Assembly (NCBI RefSeq): GCF_006345805.1
Contig: NC_042998.1
Location: forward strand, 30,628,001 to 30,692,000
Length of the DNA: 64,000 nt
Origin: Octopus sinensis
Lineage: Eukaryota
Direction of reading: 5' to 3'
Of the stretch, positions 51,234 to 64,000 are shown one piece after another (position 1 is the first letter of the stretch; every line of letters starts with the position of its first letter). A program made the position numbers and the translations under genes. The notes beneath the pieces are model-generated. The model searched no databases. It was not told the origin of the DNA and saw nothing but the letters and a program-made list of their open reading frames with translations.

Positions 51234-51497
51234 GGGCATATGGCGTAGTGGTTAAGAGCGCAGGCTACTAAATTCCGATTACCAAGATTCCGATTTCGAT
51301 TGCAGGCAGTGATCTGAATAATAATAATAATATAATAATAATAATAACATCGAAAAATAGCTTAGGAATGAGAACACAGGTTCGAAATTTCCCCAAGACA
51401 CCTGATGAAGGCTGGTGGGTATACCAGCCGAAACGTTGTGTTAACAACAAATAAGATGAGGACAAATATTCGTCGAATGTAAATAATGTAAATAAAG
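51234..51497 (+). mobile_element. tRNA-headed SINE carrying a hammerhead ribozyme
   Basis: A box TGGCGTAGTGG (51241-51251), degenerate B box, (AAT)n linker, HHR at 51397-51442 and GTAAATAAT-type tail. A second copy lies at 20296-20537. Confidence 0.8.
51397..51442 (+). ncRNA. Minimal type I hammerhead ribozyme with extra A after A9
   Basis: gacac CTGATGA a ggctgg-tgggtata-ccagcc GAAA cgt T gtgtt. Confidence 0.85.
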
Positions 51498-51915
51498 TAA
51501 TTATTGTTATACATCTGTACTGAGAGCCACATGCTAAATCGCTTCATAACTTTCATTTATTCTTCACATCGTTCAGCTGTGTCACCTGTTACGTTTCTGT
51601 CTTCTTGTGTCGTGTTCCGGAGGAAGCCATGACTTTGGGGAGAATACTAACTCTTCTCTTCTTAACTCTTTAAGAGAGTAAAGTTTGTTTTTGAAAACTT
51701 TCGCAAATCAAAAGATAAGAAAGAATACAGAAAAAGAATATTGATACTCGATGCATTAAGTGTAGCGAAAGAGCAATGTAGCGACTTCAAATATCGATTT
51801 CAAATTTTGGTACAAGGCCAGCAATTTTGAGGGCGGGTGCTGTTCGATTATATAGACCCCAGTACTCAACTGGTACAAATTTTCTCATACCAGCACGGGA
51901 ATCAAACATTGGACA

Positions 51916-51968
<53 letters not shown>

Positions 51969-52754
51969 AATAATAAATCCAGACAATTTTTTGAAAAATA
52001 ACTTTTATTAACCAACTTGTCATCTTCTATTGAAAAAACGGAACAGCTGTATAGATGTAAACACAATATTTTTTCTTCCTTTCTTCCTTCTTTCCTTCTC
52101 TTTTCCGTTGATACACCTTTCAGATACACAGGCACACACACACAGACACGCACACATACACTCACACACAAATACACACTCTCTCTCTCACTGGACAATG
52201 ATGATGACGATGATAATAAAACTGGACAATATTTTTTAAAATAACTTTTATCAAAGCAAGACCCCTCTTAGAGCTGCCACCTGGTTTTGCCCTTTTTAAA
52301 GGCCAAAAATCAACTCATCACTTTCTGTTGAAAGAACGGACCAGCTGTATAGATGCAAACAGTTTTTCTTCTTTATCTCTTCCTTCTTTCTTTCCTTCTC
52401 TTTTCCATTGACACTCCTTTCAGATACACAGGCACACGCACACATACACACACATATACGAACACATAAAAACACACACTCGTTCTCTCACTTTCTCCCC
52501 ACTCCTCACCCTCTTTTACTATCCTAGATTTCTCTCCACACCTACACACTCAATAATACTATAAAAAGAGACGAATCTCTTCAAAGAATTCAAATCTGAA
52601 GAATCTACTAGAGTAGATGCAAGCGCTATTTTATGATTTATAAAAACGTGACATATTAATAAAAATCTGTAAATGTATAACCATCCAGATTTCTGAATAC
52701 CTTATTTTTTCTAATATATGATACCTGTACATTACCTCCAACCCTTCTAATATA

Positions 52755-52793
<39 letters not shown>

Positions 52794-52797
<4 letters not shown>

Positions 52798-52990
52798 ATC
52801 CAAACAAGAAAGCACAAAAAAAACAACAACGCGAGGATGTGGAACAAATATAATATTATTGGACGCTCAGGAAAGAAGGAAAGGAGGGTTTAACGCTTAG
52901 AGCGGAGCTCTTCGTCGGAAACATAGGAGAAGGAAAGATCCAGAGAAGGGAAGACAGAGGAAAAAATCGCCAACGGTACACACGAGGTCA
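52794..52990 (-). mobile_element. Family E copy with decayed HHR
   Basis: Same body between (TA)n tracts, with the GAAA motif mutated. Confidence 0.68.
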
Positions 52991-55301
52991 CATTATATAT
53001 ATATATATATATATAAAGAGGTGAGGGCCGAAATCCTTCAAAGGGATGTCAAACATCCAAGTCCGCCGGTACAGTCAAAGTAAAGAATATGTATACAGAT
53101 ATATATTCAGTATTTGCAAAACCAGTGAATGAAGTATAAGGAAAGGGGAAAAATTGTAGGTGTAAATGATCTTTAATTCATAATCCTGGTGGGTACAGAA
53201 CCAATATACATTCTGCAAATTGTTTCGGAGTTTAATTAATTTTCTTTGTTTCTACAATCACAAAGGGATTTCTCACCCCTATCTGCACCTTCAACAATTG
53301 AATTATCATTAAGTGAAAGACTATTACCTCCACTGTTATTGAAACTTATATTAGAAATAGAAATCAAACCATTCAAACTGTTTTGTATAATATATACAAC
53401 AAAACCACCATAGGCTAAGGAACCAAGAACTCCATAAACAAGTTTCACCCTACAAAAACTAGAATCTCAATGAAGGGCAACTTAGAAACCACGTGAAGAC
53501 AAGAAATAAAAGATTCACAGTCAACACCACACGCATATATACAGACCCATCAGATGTATGCATCCCATTTTCAGCAACCTAACTGATATTATAAGGGCAG
53601 TGCCATTTGTGTCAACAGCCTTAGATGTCTTAATACCACCCAGTCATCGGTCGGTTTATCCTGGTTTCTCTATAGTTATAATAAGACAGCCCTGAAGGTT
53701 ATCGAACCATAATGAAACTATTAGTCGCTGTAACATATTGAATATTCCATTTTTAACAAATCTTTAAATCTTTACAGAATCCTCTTCTTCGTAAAGACTG
53801 TAGCACGTAGTTCATTATTCTCTCTCTCTCACACACACACACACATACAGTCTCTCCACAGACACTTGTGTGTGTGTGTACACATGTACGTGTAAATTTG
53901 TGATTTGTGTACGTGTGTGTTTACTGCTCACATTTCTTTTAATTTATTCTATTTAATTGTTTTTCAAAGTTTCCAGTATTGTACTTGATTCTTTCTTCGC
54001 GTTATATCACTTATTTCTTCCGACTCCACCCAGCTTCCTTAATTCTTCATAGCTAATTTGTTTTTTGTTTTCTTTCTATCATTATTAACAATCCATTTAT
54101 TCAGCTCGACTAGCGAGCATTTCGTCTCTAGCCTTCGAAGATCTCTGCCCGAAACATTAAACTTCTCTCATTTTCTTAAAGCAAAATAGTTCGTGTTACA
54201 TTGTGAATCTTACGTTTCTTCTGTTCGAAATCTTTATTTTCCTTATTGTTAATTTCCAAATGTTATCGGTCTGACAATGCTAGCCACTGGCATTCTATTC
54301 GTATTGTTACTCATTCGAACTGTATTGAGAATTCATCTGCATTTTCTCCTATTTTACGTTTTTAAATGTTCTATTGTTACATTTAGATTTATTATATTTT
54401 ATTATATTTATATTGAATATCCTTATTTTATCTTTTATTCCATAATAACGATGCCAAGGATGAATGTTGTTAAACTCTAATAAAGCCTGCAGGACAAGGA
54501 AGACATCATAAAATCGTCCTTCAACCGAACAATGGAAAGGACATTTGACGAAATGGCAGGACAGCACGGTTGGGAAAAATAATCCGCAATAAAGAAAAGA
54601 AACAGATCACCTAAAGTCAGAACTTAAATCAAAGAAATCTCGGACTTTGGCGTTGGTCAAAATCAAATCTCATTCATGCCGAGATTATTTCACTGTAGTT
54701 GGAATGCTGTGGAACAAACAAGAAAATACTGAAATAAGTTATAATGGTATTTACTTTAAGCTTAAAATGAAACCTGAATGTGTACCACATAAGCCGCTGC
54801 TATTGTCTAAATTCGAAAACAACATATTCAGACCAATTGTCGTAAATAATTATTGTAAGTGTTACGAACCAGAAAAAGATTCACAAACTCGTGACTAAAA
54901 TAAAAGTGCCATGTCAAAACTATGATAATTGTACCTTAATGAACACGTAAGAGATTTACCCGTCAAGTACATCACTAATTAAAATGTAAAAATGTGATTT
55001 AGCATTTTCAGCTTATAACCAAAAGGTACTTGGACATTTTCTGTTGATCACTTGGAAAATGTAACGAAATATACAATTCCCCTGGATATCCAATAGAGAC
55101 TGTGGATAGTTGATAGGTAGGATGATAAACACGTAGGAAATGAGGGGTTTGAAACGAATAATTAGGAATATGTTCTGTTTGTGGTCAGAGCTCACAACTA
55201 TGGAATAGCTTGGTTCACTCAGCTCTAAATAGGTAGTACAGATACCACACTTCTCTGAATAGTCATACTAAAGTATTTGACAAGGACTGCACTAGTAAAG
55301 A

Positions 55302-55604
55302 GTGGAGGCACATGGCCTAGTGGTTAGAGCAGTGGACTCGCAGTCGAGGGATCACGGGTTCGAATCTCAGAGTGGGCGATGAGTGCGTTTATGAGCGAAA
55401 CACCTAAGCTCCACGCGGCTCTGGCAGAAAGTAATGGCGAACTTCTTCTGATTCTTTCTCCACAACTTTCTTTCACTCTTTCCTCCTGCATCTTGCAGTT
55501 CAGCTGCGACGGATCGGCATCCCGTCTAGGTGGGGAACCTATACACCAAGGAAACCGGGAATCCGGCCCTTATAGAGCCAGGCGTGGCTCGAGAAGGAAC
55601 AAAC
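55302..55604 (+). mobile_element. SINE related to family D (different tail)
   Basis: TGGCCTAGTGG A box, ggttcgaatc B box and shared gagcgaaacacctaagctccacg body. Confidence 0.8.
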
Positions 55605-56509
55605 GCTAGTAAAATGGATGCAACTATATTTAATGCAGTAAATTTATGCTTAATTAAAATTACACATAATGAGAAGACACTATCATTATCTTTAATTCTG
55701 GTTTTAAAAAATGATAGAGATGGCGTCACGCAAAGATCTTTGTTCTTAGCACAACATTTACACATGGATGTTGAAGACTCATTCACTTTCACATTTGTTT
55801 CGCTCATAAACACACACACACACATCGCCCGGTATGAGATTCGATCCCCGCTGCTCTAACCACTAGGTCATGTGCCTCCACTCTTTACTAGCATAGTTAT
55901 ACTTTATAACCAGTCATGAATGAAGTCTTTGTCTAAAGCATTCGACTGCAAGAAACAGCAACCAATATTTTCTTGAATCAGAGCTTGTTATTCTATATGA
56001 AAGGATATGTGAATTTCTATTAAATCACGCAGCCTAAGGTATACAATGCCTAAAATAAGACAGAAAGAATCATACTAGAAGGCTTTTAATCGTGGGTCAA
56101 ATCAGCTGGAGTCAACCTGTGGCTAAACATTGCTGGCTCGAAGTCTGATTGTGACACAAGGCCAGCGATTTCGAAAGAGAGTGAAGTTAGTTGTTGATAC
56201 CATCTACTCTAGCTCTTGACTAGCACCTTATCTTATCGGCTCTGAAGGATTTAAATGCAAATTTGGTCTCGGCGGGATTTGAACTCAAAACGAAATGTGC
56301 CTAAATAACTATAGCAAAAGCTTTTTTCCGATACTCTAATGATTCTGCAAGATCACCATCCTTGTGCTAACATCAAAATAATTATTAGACGGTTATTTAA
56401 TATGTTAGAAATAAATAAAGTAAAGCTTCCATTTAAGGTAAAGTTTACCCAAATTTACGTAAGAAGCCATTCACTCAGTAAACATTTGGGTGACTTCAGC
56501 TCTTTATAA

Positions 56510-57108
56510 TTTCTTTGTTGCCCACAAGGGGCTACACACAGAGGAGACAAACAAGGACAGACAAACGGATTAAGTCGATTATAACGATCCCAGTGCTTAA
56601 CTGGTACTTATTTAATCGACCCCGAAAAGAATGAAAGGCAAAGTTGACCTCAGCGGAATTTGAACTCAGAACGTAAAGACAAACAAAATACCTATTTCTT
56701 TACTACCCACAAGGGGCTAAACACAGAGAGGACAAAGAAGGACAGACAAACGGATTAAGTCGATTATATCGACCCCAGTGCGTAACTGGCACTTATTTAA
56801 TCGACCCCGAAAAGAATGAAAGGCAAAGTTGACCTCGGCGGAATTTGAACTCAGAACCTAAAGACAAACAAAATACCTATTCCTTTACTACCCACAAGGG
56901 GCTAAACACAGAGAGGACAAAGAAGGACAGACAAACAGATTAAGTCGATTATATCGACCCCAGTACGTAACTGGTACTTAATTTATCGACCCCAAAAGAA
57001 TGAAAGGCAAAGTCGACCTCGGCAGAATTTGAACTCAGAACGTAGCCGCAGACGAAATACGGCTACGCATTTCGCCCGGCGTGCTAACGTTTCTGCCAGC
57101 TCGCCGCC
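56510..57108 (-). mobile_element. SINE family B trimer
   Basis: Junctions at 56692/56693 and 56877/56878. Confidence 0.88.
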
Positions 57109-57732
57109 TTTATTTGAGGTCTTTATAGCGTTGAATTTCTAAACAACGTTTTTACTGATATCCATAATAAATATACTGAAATACAATATATGATACTATT
57201 ATCATGGATGTAGATTACGCCATGATATATTGTTTAGTTAAGCCAATGCTGACAGAACAGTGCTACGACCAAAGGTATGCCGGTCATCACAATCTTCTAC
57301 TTTTATAGGCAGGTATTAATCACATTTTATTGAGCACATATTATCGGTTGTGTTATTTCTATTTTCAAGAACGTACAGTGTAATTTGACGGGTATTTAAC
57401 CGCTGCTTATTGTAATATAAGCTTCACGTTGAGATTATCTCCTTATCTCAACATTAAAATATTGCATATGCTTGATTGTTTCATTTGTTATTCACTGAAA
57501 TAGAAATTAACTAGTGGCCAAATATCAGAGTTGGAGTAGCTTACATTCTCTCATATAAAAACACAAAATTGCATGTATTTGTAATTTCTAAAACTAACGC
57601 TAATTTACATGTTTTCAAAATTTTCTACTTGTTATAACTAAACTAACATTAATTATTAACGCAATTTCCTTTTTAAAACTCATTCTGATAAATTAACATA
57701 AACATAATTCCCTTCAATAGCGGCAGAAAAAT

Positions 57733-58124
57733 GGGATCTTTTCGGTTTGCACGGTAGTTTTTTAACATAATTTCCACGTAACTAAACACTTTTAAACTTC
57801 GTATACTGGTAGAATGTGTTTATAAAACATCTCTTTTTCTTGGCTTTATTGAGAAAATTCTATAGTTTGTTTTTTTCTTCAATTTCTGCAATTTCAACCA
57901 ATCAATGACGTCTATTGAGGTGAAAACATTCTGTGCCGTATGAATATGTCCCTCGTTTAAGAAACAGATTGGGTTTATTTACATTTCTGAAGAAAAAAGA
58001 TCCCCCCTAACCCTAACCCTAAAACAGATTGAAATTCAATAGATCGATACTAGGGTCATAATTATGGGTGACAATTTCATATGACACCGCTAGAAAAATC
58101 TGCCGTTCAAACCGAAAGAATCCG
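57733..58124. mobile_element. MITE with ~30-bp imperfect TIRs
   Basis: ggatcttttcggtttgcacgg vs reverse complement ggattctttcggtttgaacgg, aaaaat on both flanks, and internal (CCCTAA)2. Confidence 0.7.
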
Positions 58125-58371
58125 AAAAATGAAACTACTTTAACATCTAAATGTTGAGAATATTGACATAACAAACGAAACTATCAGAGTCCTGTAGAAC
58201 TTATTATAAAGCATCCCTATAACGTTGCTTCAAACAGACAATAAATTTCATAAATGTCTCAACGTATTTGTTTCTACATTTAAGGCAGCTTCACTTAAAA
58301 CTGAGATATAAAATGAAAGGACTCAAAACGTTATATTTTACTGCCATGACGCCAAAAGTTAGATATATATA

Positions 58372-58786
58372 TTCCTTTATTGCCCACAAGGGGCTAAACA
58401 TAGAGGAGACAAACAAGGACAGACAAAGTGATTAAGTCGATTACATCGACTCTAGTGCGTATCTGGTACTTTATTTATTGACCCCGAAGGGATGAAAGGC
58501 AAAGTTGACCTCAGCGGAATTTGAACTCAGAACGTAACCGCAGACGAAATACCTATTTCTTTACTACCCACAAGGGGCTAAACACAGAGAGGACAAACAA
58601 GGACAGACAAACGGATTAAGTCGATTATATCGACCCCAGTGCGTAACTGGCACTTATTTAATCGATCCCGAAAGGATGAAAGGCAATGTCGACCTCGGCG
58701 GAATTTGAACTCAGAACGTAACGGCAGCCGAAATACTGCTAAGCATTCCGGCCGCCGTGCAAACGATTCTGCCAGCTCGCCGCCTT
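58372..58786 (-). mobile_element. SINE family B dimer
   Basis: Junction at 58553/58554. Confidence 0.87.
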
Positions 58787-59234
58787 ATGATGACAAAAGT
58801 TAGATATAATATATATAAGACTGAGTATTGTATAACTTGTCGAGTGCAAACTCACTTGTTATCGAGCATATATCACTCTGATGATTTAATTCGATATGGA
58901 AAACTTTGAAATTTTTTCTCAAACGATTGTTTTATCGCGTTGGATATAGAAATATGTTTTTTCGGTATGTTTGTTCTGAATAATTATATATTTAATTCTA
59001 TGTGGCTGATGTCATTACACAAATGGATGCAGGTGGATTCTATCTTTTCTACATAACCTGATGAAAGATATAATTCTCTCGAAACACAACTTACTGCAAC
59101 GAACGATATTCTACAAATTACGACCGCATTTATTTCCTGTATATCGAGCATCAGTTCAACTATCATTAGGTATTTGTTTACTAGACTTAAGATCGTACAC
59201 TCGGATATTTTGTAACATATATGAATAGTTAAGC

Positions 59235-59570
59235 GTAGGAGTGTCTGTGTGGTAATTAGCTTGCTTACCAACCACATGGTTCCGGGTTCAGTCCCACTGC
59301 GTGGCATCTTGGGCAAGTATCTTCTACTATAGCCTCGGGCCGACCAAAGCCTTCTGAGTGGATTTGGTAGACGGAAACTGAAAGAAGCCCGTCGTATATA
59401 TATGTATGTGTGTGTATGTTTGTGTGTCTGTGTTTGTACCCCTAACATCACTTGACAACCGGTGCTGGTGTGTTTACGTCCCCGTAACTTAGCGGTTCGG
59501 CAAAAGAGACCGATAGAATAAGTACTAGGCTTACAAGGAATAAGTCCTGACTGAAACAAGTAAAAGAGAA
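59235..59570 (+). mobile_element. SINE family A with tail deletion
   Basis: aagtcctgactgaaac junction lacks the usual intervening segment. Confidence 0.85.
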
Positions 59571-60224
59571 TATAAAAGAAAAGTTATTGGGGACTTCGTG
59601 ACAAATACCTCAGTATGATTAATTCTGTGGAGAAACGTGTTTAGGAAACGTGATTAGGAGTTAAGGTGTTGCACTCTAGATTGTAAAATTGCTATTTCGA
59701 TCCCTGGCCGGGTGATGTGCTATGTTCTAAAGTAAAACGCTTCTTTTCATGCTTCTCTTTTCCACTAAGCCAGCAAAAGAGAATAAGCCAGCGACGGACC
59801 GACTTCTATCTGTAGCGAATATCTTGCCCACACCCAGCATGGGTAATACATACGCTACTGAATCGAGAAATGCGGCCTTTTGAAGCCTAACGCTCGGTAT
59901 GTACTTTGATCTTTTTTTTTTTTTAATTCTATAATGTACGAAAATCTTCATATACTGCGTGTGTGTGTGAATGGAAATAAGTGGTTACGTTACACTGAGT
60001 TAATTGTTAATTTACTAATTTCACTTCCTTCTTTCACTTAACGAGAGGAAAATTAAGAAAAAATATTCTTGAATCTAACGAATACTTTAGTGAATCCCGT
60101 AAAGATATTTATGTGAACAATTGAACCCTAAACTCATTTTGTAGCAAACATTAAATATATGTGATTTATCCTTAATAACAGTGACTGGAAATTTCATGAT
60201 TATTTTGAAAACTGTAATTATTTT

Positions 60225-60588
60225 GTGGAGGCGCAATGGCCCAGTGGTTCAGGCAGCGGACTCGCGGTTTCGATTCCCAGACCGGGCGTTGTGTTTATTG
60301 AGCGAAAACACGTAAAGCTCCACGAGGCTCCGGCAGGGGATGGGGCGAACTCTGCTGTACCCTTTCGCCACAACTTTCTCTCACACTTTCTTCCTGTTTC
60401 TGTTGTACCCGTATTTTAAAGGGCTACCCTTGTCACACTCTGTGTCACGCTGAATCTCCCCCGAGAACTACGTTAAGGGTAGACGTGTCTGTGGAGTGCT
60501 CAGCCACTTGCACGTAAATTTCACGAGCAGGCTGTTCAGTTGATAGGATCAACTGGAACCCTCATCGTTGTAACCGACGGAGTGCCAA
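60225..60588 (+). mobile_element. SINE family D
   Basis: gtggaggcgcaatggcccagtgg head. Body matches the reverse complement of 21665-22050. Confidence 0.85.
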
Positions 60589-60676
60589 GTATAATTGTTG
60601 GAAGTTTATGGAAAACCATGAAATATATTTCTCATGAAAATGTATTTTTTCTAAATCTTTTGATTTTTTTTTAGGT

Positions 60677-60926
60677 CAATGCTTCTCAACCTGACTCCAC
60701 ATATTGCTTAGGGGTCCGTATAAGATTTTGTTATTCAAATTTATATGCAATTAACTAGCTATACTTCTACAATGCACAAAATATTAAAGCCGTTTTTTAT
60801 ACAATTCCTAGGAATATTTAATCATAAAAATATAATACTAGACATCGAACGGTTATGGGAATCCCAACCCTTGAGTAAAACAGAAATCAGAGGGGTCCAT
60901 AGGCAAAACATGGTCGAGGAACACTA
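60677..60926. mobile_element. hAT-type MITE
   Basis: TIRs caatgcttctcaacc / ggtcgaggaacacta, and 8-bp TSD ttttaggt / ctttaggt. Confidence 0.72.
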
Positions 60927-61842
60927 CTTTAGGTGGTGTAAATTCACTTATCAGTAACCTGATAGAATAGGTTATTCCTTGAGGATCCGTTGTGGAAGAG
61001 GTTTCTATCTTCATTTGGAAATTCCATCGCAGGGCTCCAAACAACAATAATGGTGAAACATACGTGGGAACTTGAAGATCAAATAAACCTGTGTTTGTGC
61101 TTCGTTTTTTTTTTCTTGCTTTTCTTTTGTAGCTCATAACTGGTAACACTACTCAGCATGGTCGTTAATAAACAACTAAACTGAAAGCAGACTGGATTGT
61201 GATGTGTTGCTCTGAACATAACCGTAGCAATTGTACGTTTGCTTGTACACATAAACGCTTTCTCCTTTATACGAATTACTGGAGAAGCAATACGAGAAGA
61301 AAACATTTGAAAACTGTTGTTTATTACACACTTGTCACTAATTCTGTTCTGAAAGCTGTTATTGATTATTTATATTTTGTCATCAAGTATTAAACAGTAT
61401 TAATATGGGAATAAATCAAAGCTTTTATCTTTAATATTATTCTGTTCTGACACGGCTGTATTGATAAAGCTTTAACAACACTTAATACATTGTATTACAT
61501 CCTTATCTTCACATCAGAGAAAATTGCATATGGCTAGACTTGAAAGCCAACATTCGTCCGTTCCACTGAACTAAAAATTCTATGTGTGTGTATGTGTGTG
61601 TATGTATGCATGTATCTTTAGTTGTCTCAGTCATTAAACTGCGGCCATGCTGGGGCACCGTCTTCAAGAATTTTAGTTGAACGAATCGACCCCAGTACTG
61701 TATTTTTTTAAAACCTAGTAGTTAGTTATTCTGTCGGTCTTTTTACCGAACCGCTATATCTAAACACACCAACACTGCTACCAAACAGTAGTGGGGGACA
61801 AACTTTGACACTAAGAGACACATGCGCGCGCATTTATATATA

Positions 61843-61880
<38 letters not shown>

Positions 61881-61902
61881 CAGTCTTCTTTCAGTTTCCA
61901 TA

Positions 61903-62288
61903 TTTCTTTATTGCCCGCAATAGAGTGGACAAACGAGGACAGATAAACGGATTAAGTCGATTACATCGTCCCCAGTGCGTAACTGGTACTTAATTTATCG
62001 ACCCCGAAAGGATGAAAGGCAAAGTCGACCTCGGTGGAATTTGAACTCTGAACGTAACGGCAAACGAAATACCTAAGGGGCTAAACACAGAGAGGACAAA
62101 TAAGGACAGACAAAAGGATTAAGTCGATTACATCGACCCCAGTGCGTAACTGGTACTTAATTTATCGACCCCGAAAGGATGAAAGGCAAAGCCGAGCTCG
62201 GCGGAATTTGAACTCAGAACGTAACGGCAGACGAAATACGGTTACGCATTTCACCCGGCGTGCTAACAATTCTGCCACCTCGCCGCCT
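61903..62288 (-). mobile_element. SINE family B dimer with shortened junction
   Basis: gcccctta|ggtatttcg on the minus strand at ~62073. Confidence 0.85.
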
Positions 62289-63409
62289 TGTTTCCGTGTG
62301 CCAAATCCACTCACAAAGCTTTGGTTGGCCTCAGGGAATAGCAAAAGACATTTACCCAAAGTCCACGCATTGAGACTGAACTGGGAATCATGTGGGTGTA
62401 AATCAAACTTCTTTCCATACAGCCACGCCTCCAACTGTATGTATATGTGCATGTATGTATATCTTGCTATTATTCCTTAGACAATTCCCTCATTTATTAG
62501 TCAATTATCTTATGAATATTACGAATGATAAATGTGTTGTATCAATAACATAAAATTTCTTTGATTTCATTTTATAATTTATCCATTAATAGTCACACAA
62601 ATAATAAATATGTTGCGTGTATAATAGGTTACGTTTTTGATTTCGTTCTAGAGTTAAACTGTTATGTGCGTAGGCCGCAGTATTATGTGAATATAGCCAT
62701 GCAACAAATAAAAAATAAAAACAATAACGATTTTAACTACATTTTCTAAGCATAATACCAACATTTGCAAAGGCTCGACAGAATATTATGGCTGTGTTTC
62801 AGTACATTTTTATTGTTTGGCCTTTGTCTTGCGAGGAATTAATTTTTGAACTGGAAAAAAAAAGGAATCCAATAAATTTTCTTTTTGAAAAAATAGCTGT
62901 TTTTCAGCTGTTTTTAGCTTCGTTGGGATTTGAACTTATATTGCTTGTAAAAGAAAAAAGTTGGAACTATGTAGGGAAGCCTACGTTTTTTTTTTTTTTT
63001 GTGTGTGTATTTCTTACTAATTTATCTCGACCGAAATGTCGGTGGAGATAATTAGAGAAAATTGCTCCCTGGAAGAGGGTGATACTTTGGAGGCTAACCA
63101 CCCTCAAAAAAATGTTTGGTATCGCTTTCATACTATCATTTTCTTTCACTTAACAATTCATTTTTCATAAATTTTAATTATAATGTTCTATGTCCCCATG
63201 TCTTTTGGTGTCCCCCTCTGTGTCGCCCCTAGTGGGCAATAAAGAATCACCACCCTCAAAAAAATGTTACCAAAGGCTTCGCAGCAGTCACCACTGTACA
63301 AACTGAAAGGGAAAGAGAAGAAAGGAGGGACCCCCTCACGAGACGTGAGGTCGGCCCCTACAACGCCTACGAAAAGTAAGTAGAACTGTTATTTGTCTTT
63401 AAACTGTCA

Positions 63410-64000
63410 ATACTTAAACTTGGTTGCTTAAATGTGCGTGGTCTGAGCTCGAAGTGGAAGTAAGCATGTTTCCTCGACGACCTCCCGAATAGCTATGAGA
63501 AACTAATGTCTCTTGGCCAGACCAGAGATGGATGGAGTGTAGTAGTCCTGGTCCGAAAAGGTTTGGCTCTGTAGACAAGTACAGTCTTTGTGGACCCTGA
63601 AGGTGGGCTGGTTGTCCTTGATGTGATTGATATACAACAGTAAGGCCTTCAGGTTGGTCGGTATTTATGCACCTTGAGCAAGTAGGCAGCAAACTGATGT
63701 CTATCGGCGCCTAGAGAACATTTTCGTGATATTACTTATGTTAGGAGACTATAATATCCTGGATGCATGTCTGGATAGCTGTGGCTCGACTGGTAAGAGT
63801 GTTAACTCATGCTTCATTGATCTGCTTAAGCGTTTTCAGCTAGCAGATCGTCACTTGAGCACCCGAGCGTCCCAGTGTGGACCTGGATGAATGGCGACGG
63901 TCTTACATAGAGAGGACATTTATAAGAAGTAGCGGTAAGTTTAGCTTTAGCTGTCCACAGTTTGTTCAAATCGCCTACACTGACCATAAAATGGTTAAAT
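63410..64000 (+). mobile_element. Decayed L1/Tx1-like LINE ORF2 start (AP endonuclease domain)
   Basis: LKLGCLNVRGL, VFVDPEGGLVVLDV, FRLVGIYAP and LGDYN motifs with stops and frameshifts. Runs off the window. Confidence 0.75.

Noticed and set aside
56510-57108. Regularly repeated ~185-bp units suggesting a CRISPR-like array
   Set aside because: Whole units repeat with no unique spacers, the context is eukaryotic, and there are no cas genes.

Overview
AT-rich, repeat-dense eukaryotic DNA with no host gene I can support. The SINE families match my recollection of Octopus (coleoid cephalopod) repeats; this is an inference, not a database result. The centrepiece is a young, ~8.5-kb Penelope-like element (PLE) at 27925-36432 (+). 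It has near-identical pseudo-LTRs each carrying a minimal hammerhead ribozyme (HHR), an RT + GIY-YIG ORF broken by two 1-nt frameshifts, a mosaic inverted 5' junction and a ~5-kb 3' region with ~1-kb GT-skewed tandem repeats. About ten further minimal HHR motifs occur in short non-autonomous elements, many next to (TA)n. Two of these are copies of a tRNA-headed SINE fused to a PLE-type HHR (20296-20537, 51234-51497), the most novel-looking item. A headless ~185-nt SINE-core module recurs at one fixed junction inside older SINE copies. The rest is tRNA-derived SINEs, LINE remnants (CR1, CR1/Jockey-like, L1/Tx1-like), MITEs, a Helentron-type element and microsatellites. Most ORF-track entries are microsatellite or SINE artefacts. 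Family labels A-F are my own. Coordinates were read by eye, and repeat ends are approximate to a few bases.
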